A DNA stretch of 63,505 bases, the filler included. It is 5 parts of 5 records of this genome, joined end to end, with 100 filler letters (N's around TTAATTAATTAA, not from the genome) between each part and the next. Parts side by side here need not be neighbours in the genome. Positions count along the whole stretch, not along the records: positions 57,108 to 63,505 come from SRR31156797_8105; 4 more parts are not named here. One strand, written 5' to 3'. Shown here in pieces: positions 59,772 through 63,505 of this stretch (positions are counted from its first letter, which is position 1; each line of letters opens with the position of its first letter). The translations under genes were made by a program, and so were the position numbers. The notes beneath the pieces are model-generated. The model did no database searches. It saw nothing but the letters and a program-made list of their open reading frames with translations, and was not told the origin of the DNA.

Positions 59772-61262
59772 TTATTGCTCCTTTCCACTTGTTATTGATG
59801 CGTAGTTCATTATTGTTTCTTGCTTAAATTCACTTCTTGGAATAATTCCTGTTATTCTTCCTTCACATAAAACTAGAATTCTATCAGACATTCCCATAAT
59901 TTCTTCCATTTCTGATGAAACCATTAATATAGTTTTACCATTTTCAACTAGTTTATTAATAAGTTTATAAATTTCAAATTTAGCACCTACATCAATTCCT
60001 CTAGTAGGTTCGTCAAGTATTATAAGATCTGGGTCTGATGCCAGCCATTTTCCGATAATTACTTTTTGTTGATTTCCACCACTTAGATTTTTAACTCTTT
60101 CATTAATTCCTGGAGTTTTTACTAGTAACTCTTTTACATATTTTTCTGCAATATCTTTTTCTCTTTTTGTATCAATAACAGAAGCTTTTGAAAGTTTTTT
60201 CAAAATAGCCATACTGATATTTTCTTTAACGTCAAGTGCTAATAAAGCTCCATGTTTTTTTCTGTCTTCAGGAACAAGCGCTATTCCTTCCTCAATAGCA
60301 TCGCATGGAGTTTTCGGATTGATCTCTTTTCCAGCTAAGAAAATGTTTCCACACTCTTTTGGTTTTGCACCAAAGATGAGTTCAGCAAGTTCTGTTCGGC
60401 CTGCACCAATTAACCCTGCTAAACCAAGTACTTCTCCTTTTTTTATCTCAAAAGAGATGTTTTTTAACCCATTCCCGGAAAGATTTTTTACATTTAATAG
60501 AATTTCATCTTTAATACATGGTTTCCTAGAGGGATATGTTTCTTTTAACTCTCTACCAACCATTAATTTAACAAGTTCATCAATGTTAGTATCTTTTGTT
60601 TCAATAGTGTTAATTTTTACTCCGTCTCTCATTACAGTAACTCGATCTGTTAATCGAAAAATTTCTTCCATTCTATGAGAAATGTAAATAATAGTAACGC
60701 CAGTAGCTTTTAGTTTATCTACAATCTCATACATATGTTCTGCTTCAGATTTTGTTAATGGTGCTGATGGCTCATCCATAATTAGTATTCTTGCTTTTTG
60801 AGAAATAGCTTTTGCTATTTCGACAATTTGTTGATAGCCAACAGTAAGGTTTTTAACTAAGTCATTTGGATCGATATTAATTTCAAATTGATCAAATATT
60901 AATTTAGATTCCTCAATCATCGCTTTTTTGTTAATTATAATACCGTTTCTTATAGCTCTTCCAAGAAAAATATTTTCTGCAACAGTTAATTCTCCAACAA
61001 GATTAAACTCTTGATATATTACAGCGATTCCTTTTTCCTCAGATAACTTTGGAGTCATAGATTTGAATACTTCTCCATCGATAACGATTTCACCTTTGTC
61101 TGGCACGACCGCTCCACTGCATGTTTTAATAGTCGTAGATTTTCCAGCTCCGTTCTCACCAACTAGAGCATGTACTTCTCCCTTTTTTATTTGAATTGTT
61201 ACATCGTTTAAGGCAACAACTCCAGGATATGTTTTTGTAATGTTTTTTAATTCAAGAATCAT
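59772..61262 (-). CDS. Sugar ABC transporter ATP-binding protein (RbsA-like)
   Basis: GENGAGKST, MDEP, LSGGNQQK, LDEPTRGIDVGAK; start moved to ATG 61262. Confidence 0.95.
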   Translation of the reverse strand: MILELKNITKTYPGVVALNDVTIQIKKGEVHALVGENGAGKSTTIKTCSGAVVPDKGEIVIDGEVFKSMTPKLSEEKGIAVIYQEFNLVGELTVAENIFLGRAIRNGIIINKKAMIEESKLIFDQFEINIDPNDLVKNLTVGYQQIVEIAKAISQKARILIMDEPSAPLTKSEAEHMYEIVDKLKATGVTIIYISHRMEEIFRLTDRVTVMRDGVKINTIETKDTNIDELVKLMVGRELKETYPSRKPCIKDEILLNVKNLSGNGLKNISFEIKKGEVLGLAGLIGAGRTELAELIFGAKPKECGNIFLAGKEINPKTPCDAIEEGIALVPEDRKKHGALLALDVKENISMAILKKLSKASVIDTKREKDIAEKYVKELLVKTPGINERVKNLSGGNQQKVIIGKWLASDPDLIILDEPTRGIDVGAKFEIYKLINKLVENGKTILMVSSEMEEIMGMSDRILVLCEGRITGIIPRSEFKQETIMNYASITSGKEQ

Positions 61263-61301
61263 ATTTTCATCACCTAATTTACCTCTCATTTCTATTTATT
61301 G

Positions 61302-61331
61302 TTTCCGGAGGATGTGTGTGTCCCCCGGAAA
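61302..61331. other. Intra-operon stem-loop after the binding-protein gene
   Basis: TTTCCGG...CCGGAAA stem; common mRNA-stabilising position in ABC operons. Confidence 0.55.
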
Positions 61332-61343
61332 ATATTAGAAGTT

Positions 61344-62306
61344 TTATTTTTTAAAATGCTCGTCAACATTAGCGATAGTTATTGGGATAAGTTCTCTGTA
61401 AATTTTACTAGGAACTTGCTCACCTTTAACTAATTTTTGTAGCCAGCTATAGATTACAGTTCCAACCTTATCTCCACCACCTGTAATCATAACAGACATT
61501 CTATTTGCTTCGTTTTGTTTAATAGCTGCTAGTTCTTGGTCTACAGCATCAGCAGCAAATATTCCGAAATCAGAAGTTAGTTTTCCAGCTGATTTAACAG
61601 CTTCATTAGCACCAACAGCACCGCCTCCACCAATGCAAGCAATTACTTTAATGTTAGGGTGTGCTTGAAGTAAAGTTTCAGTTTTAGTCATACCTTCTGT
61701 TGGATTTATTGCGCTTGTTTGAGCCACAATATTAGCTTCAGGAGCAAATTCTTTTATTGCATCAACGATTCCATTACCTCTTTCAAGTAAAATAGGTATT
61801 TGGGGATAGTTTAATATTGCAACATCGGCTTTTCCGTCAAGTTTTTCATTTATCCAAATAGCAGTTTGTTCACCGATAGTTCGTCCAAGTTTATAATTGT
61901 CAATAAGCCAAGATATATCTGCATTTTTCATCTCCTCATCCCAACTATAAATTTTAATTCCAGCAGCTCTAGCTTGCGCAAGAACAGGTTCGATTGCATT
62001 TACTTCTACAGGTTGAACAACCATTGCATCAATCCTACTGGCAATGAAATTTTCGATTTGTTCAATTTGAAGTGTTACATTGTTTTTACAATCAAGATAA
62101 GTCATTTTTCCGCCGTCTTCTTGAACAAGATCTTTTAATTTTGCAGCGGCACCTGACCAGATAGGATTACTTAAATCTTGAACTGTCATTCCAACTCTCA
62201 TTCCACCTGTTTTCTCTTCTTTCTTTTTACCAAATCCGAACCATCCTCCGAAAGCCATTGATGAAATAAAAGCTCCTAGACATAATACCAAAATAATTCT
62301 TTTCAT
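61344..62306 (-). CDS. Sugar ABC transporter substrate-binding protein (RbsB-like)
   Basis: Signal peptide; QDLSNPIW, QIENFI, DNYKLG; AAGGAGG RBS. Confidence 0.9.
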   Translation of the reverse strand: MKRIILVLCLGAFISSMAFGGWFGFGKKKEEKTGGMRVGMTVQDLSNPIWSGAAAKLKDLVQEDGGKMTYLDCKNNVTLQIEQIENFIASRIDAMVVQPVEVNAIEPVLAQARAAGIKIYSWDEEMKNADISWLIDNYKLGRTIGEQTAIWINEKLDGKADVAILNYPQIPILLERGNGIVDAIKEFAPEANIVAQTSAINPTEGMTKTETLLQAHPNIKVIACIGGGGAVGANEAVKSAGKLTSDFGIFAADAVDQELAAIKQNEANRMSVMITGGGDKVGTVIYSWLQKLVKGEQVPSKIYRELIPITIANVDEHFKK

Positions 62307-62555
62307 TTTGTTTCCTCCTTATATTTTTTATTCCAATCTGCAATGCAGTTGGTAATAATAATTACGAAAATACTGAAATGACTTAAATATCTCTTTTCTT
62401 TGACTAATAAAATTTTACAATAATTCCAAGAAAGTTTAAATGGATAAAACTTGTATAAATCACTCTTATTTATTACAAAAAACACCGTTGTCATACATTT
62501 TTTGAAAAACGTATAAAAAAATAGTATTTACTATATTTTTTTAACATTATAAGCC

Positions 62556-62605
62556 AAAAAAAGCGATAATTTACTAAACTATAGTTTAATAAAATTACCG
62601 CTTTT
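62556..62605 (-). terminator. Probable terminator after suhB
   Basis: AAAAGCGATAATTT...AAATTACCGCTTTT imperfect stem with a T-run on the minus strand. Confidence 0.55.
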
Positions 62606-62618
62606 ATAAATGAAGAAA

Positions 62619-63419
62619 TTATTTAGTTATTATTGTATTATCATTTTTCCTAATGAATTTCCATATTTCATTACATATAGTTTGATTACCTGCAATTATT
62701 GAAATATTTCGATCTTTTGTAAAGGGAATTATTTCTCCTTTAGCTTCTTTTACAATCAAAGCGCCTGCAGCGATATCCCACTCTCTTAGATTCATTTCCC
62801 AAAATGAATCTATAAAGCCTGCTGCTGTATAAGCTAAATCTAATGCCGAAGCTCCAAGTCTTCTAAATCCAGCTACTTCTGAAATAATATTAGAAGCATG
62901 ATTTATATTATTATTTTTGTTACTTTTACGATCATAAGGAAAACCACTACATACTATAGATTTATCTAAATTAACTCGTTTTCCAACCTCTATTGGTTTC
63001 CAGTTTAAGTAAGCACCTTTACCTTTAATAGCATAAAACATTTCATTAAAATATGGAGCATAGACAACTCCCATAATAGTTTCATCATTAGATTTTAATG
63101 CTATAGAAATGCAAAAATAAGGTATTCCTCTTGCATAATTGTTTGTTCCATCAAGAGGATCAATTACCCAAGAGTATTTTGAATTTGTGGTATATCCATT
63201 ACCTTCTTCAGCAATAATTGAGTGTTCAGGGTGAATTTCCTTTATACATTTGATGATTTTTTTTTCAGAATTTTTATCTACTTCCGTTACAAAATCTATA
63301 TCACTTGATTTAGAATAAATTTTTAAATTAGATTTTCTAAAGTTATTTAATTGATATTGTCCCACTTCTCTAGCAGTTTCCATAGTCCATTTTGCTAATA
63401 CTTCAATTTCTAAATTCAT
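62619..63419 (-). CDS. suhB: Inositol monophosphatase family protein
   Basis: DFVTEVD, AEE, WVIDPLDGTNNY, WDIAAG. Confidence 0.9.
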   Translation of the reverse strand: MNLEIEVLAKWTMETAREVGQYQLNNFRKSNLKIYSKSSDIDFVTEVDKNSEKKIIKCIKEIHPEHSIIAEEGNGYTTNSKYSWVIDPLDGTNNYARGIPYFCISIALKSNDETIMGVVYAPYFNEMFYAIKGKGAYLNWKPIEVGKRVNLDKSIVCSGFPYDRKSNKNNNINHASNIISEVAGFRRLGASALDLAYTAAGFIDSFWEMNLREWDIAAGALIVKEAKGEIIPFTKDRNISIIAGNQTICNEIWKFIRKNDNTIITK

Positions 63420-63505
63420 TTGACACTCCTTAAATTAAAAAAACTATAATTTATCTAATGCATTTTTCCAAATTCTGACTTTTTTAACCATATGTGGAGC
63501 TGTTA

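Noticed and set aside
455-62494. Numerous short ORFs antisense to, or overlapping, well-supported genes
   Set aside because: No recognisable motifs; consistent with shadow ORFs

Overview
This window is not contiguous DNA. It is five contigs joined by 100-bp N/TTAATTAATTAA linkers: 1-10417, 10518-37804, 37905-48744, 48845-57007 and 57108-63505. Contigs 1-3 look Bacteroidota (T9SS sorting domain, TAnnTTTG promoter boxes, mostly no Shine-Dalgarno). Contigs 4-5 carry strong GGAGG ribosome-binding sites, an MCP and a sugar ABC transporter, and probably come from another organism. Contig 1 holds accessory genes and an SDR/ferredoxin/flavoprotein/methyltransferase operon. Contig 2 holds a ~23-kb co-directional cluster led by DUF134. 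It combines NifB/NifX proteins, 4Fe-4S ATPases, Mrp, an unannotated ferredoxin, FeoAB and a broken ZIP transporter with def, ribA, fabH, fabF, kduI, cobO, tsaA and a CoA-disulfide reductase-rhodanese. Next to it lies a truncated primase-helicase mobile element with an iteron-like repeat. Contig 3 begins with a 22-bp tandem array, followed by a row of unrelated co-oriented genes separated by attC-like and REP-like elements. Contig 4 holds a receiver/HEAT/GT2/beta-barrel/GH-like exopolysaccharide operon, a small Arg-rich peptide and MscS. Contig 5 holds suhB, a sugar ABC transporter and a truncated MCP. The best leads are (1) an AATGAG-N6-CTCATT palindrome shared by two NifB/NifX-containing promoters (candidate DUF134 operator and regulon), (2) the cassette-like gene array, (3) the primase element origin and (4) the 22-bp array. 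All family calls come from motif recognition only; no database searches were run.
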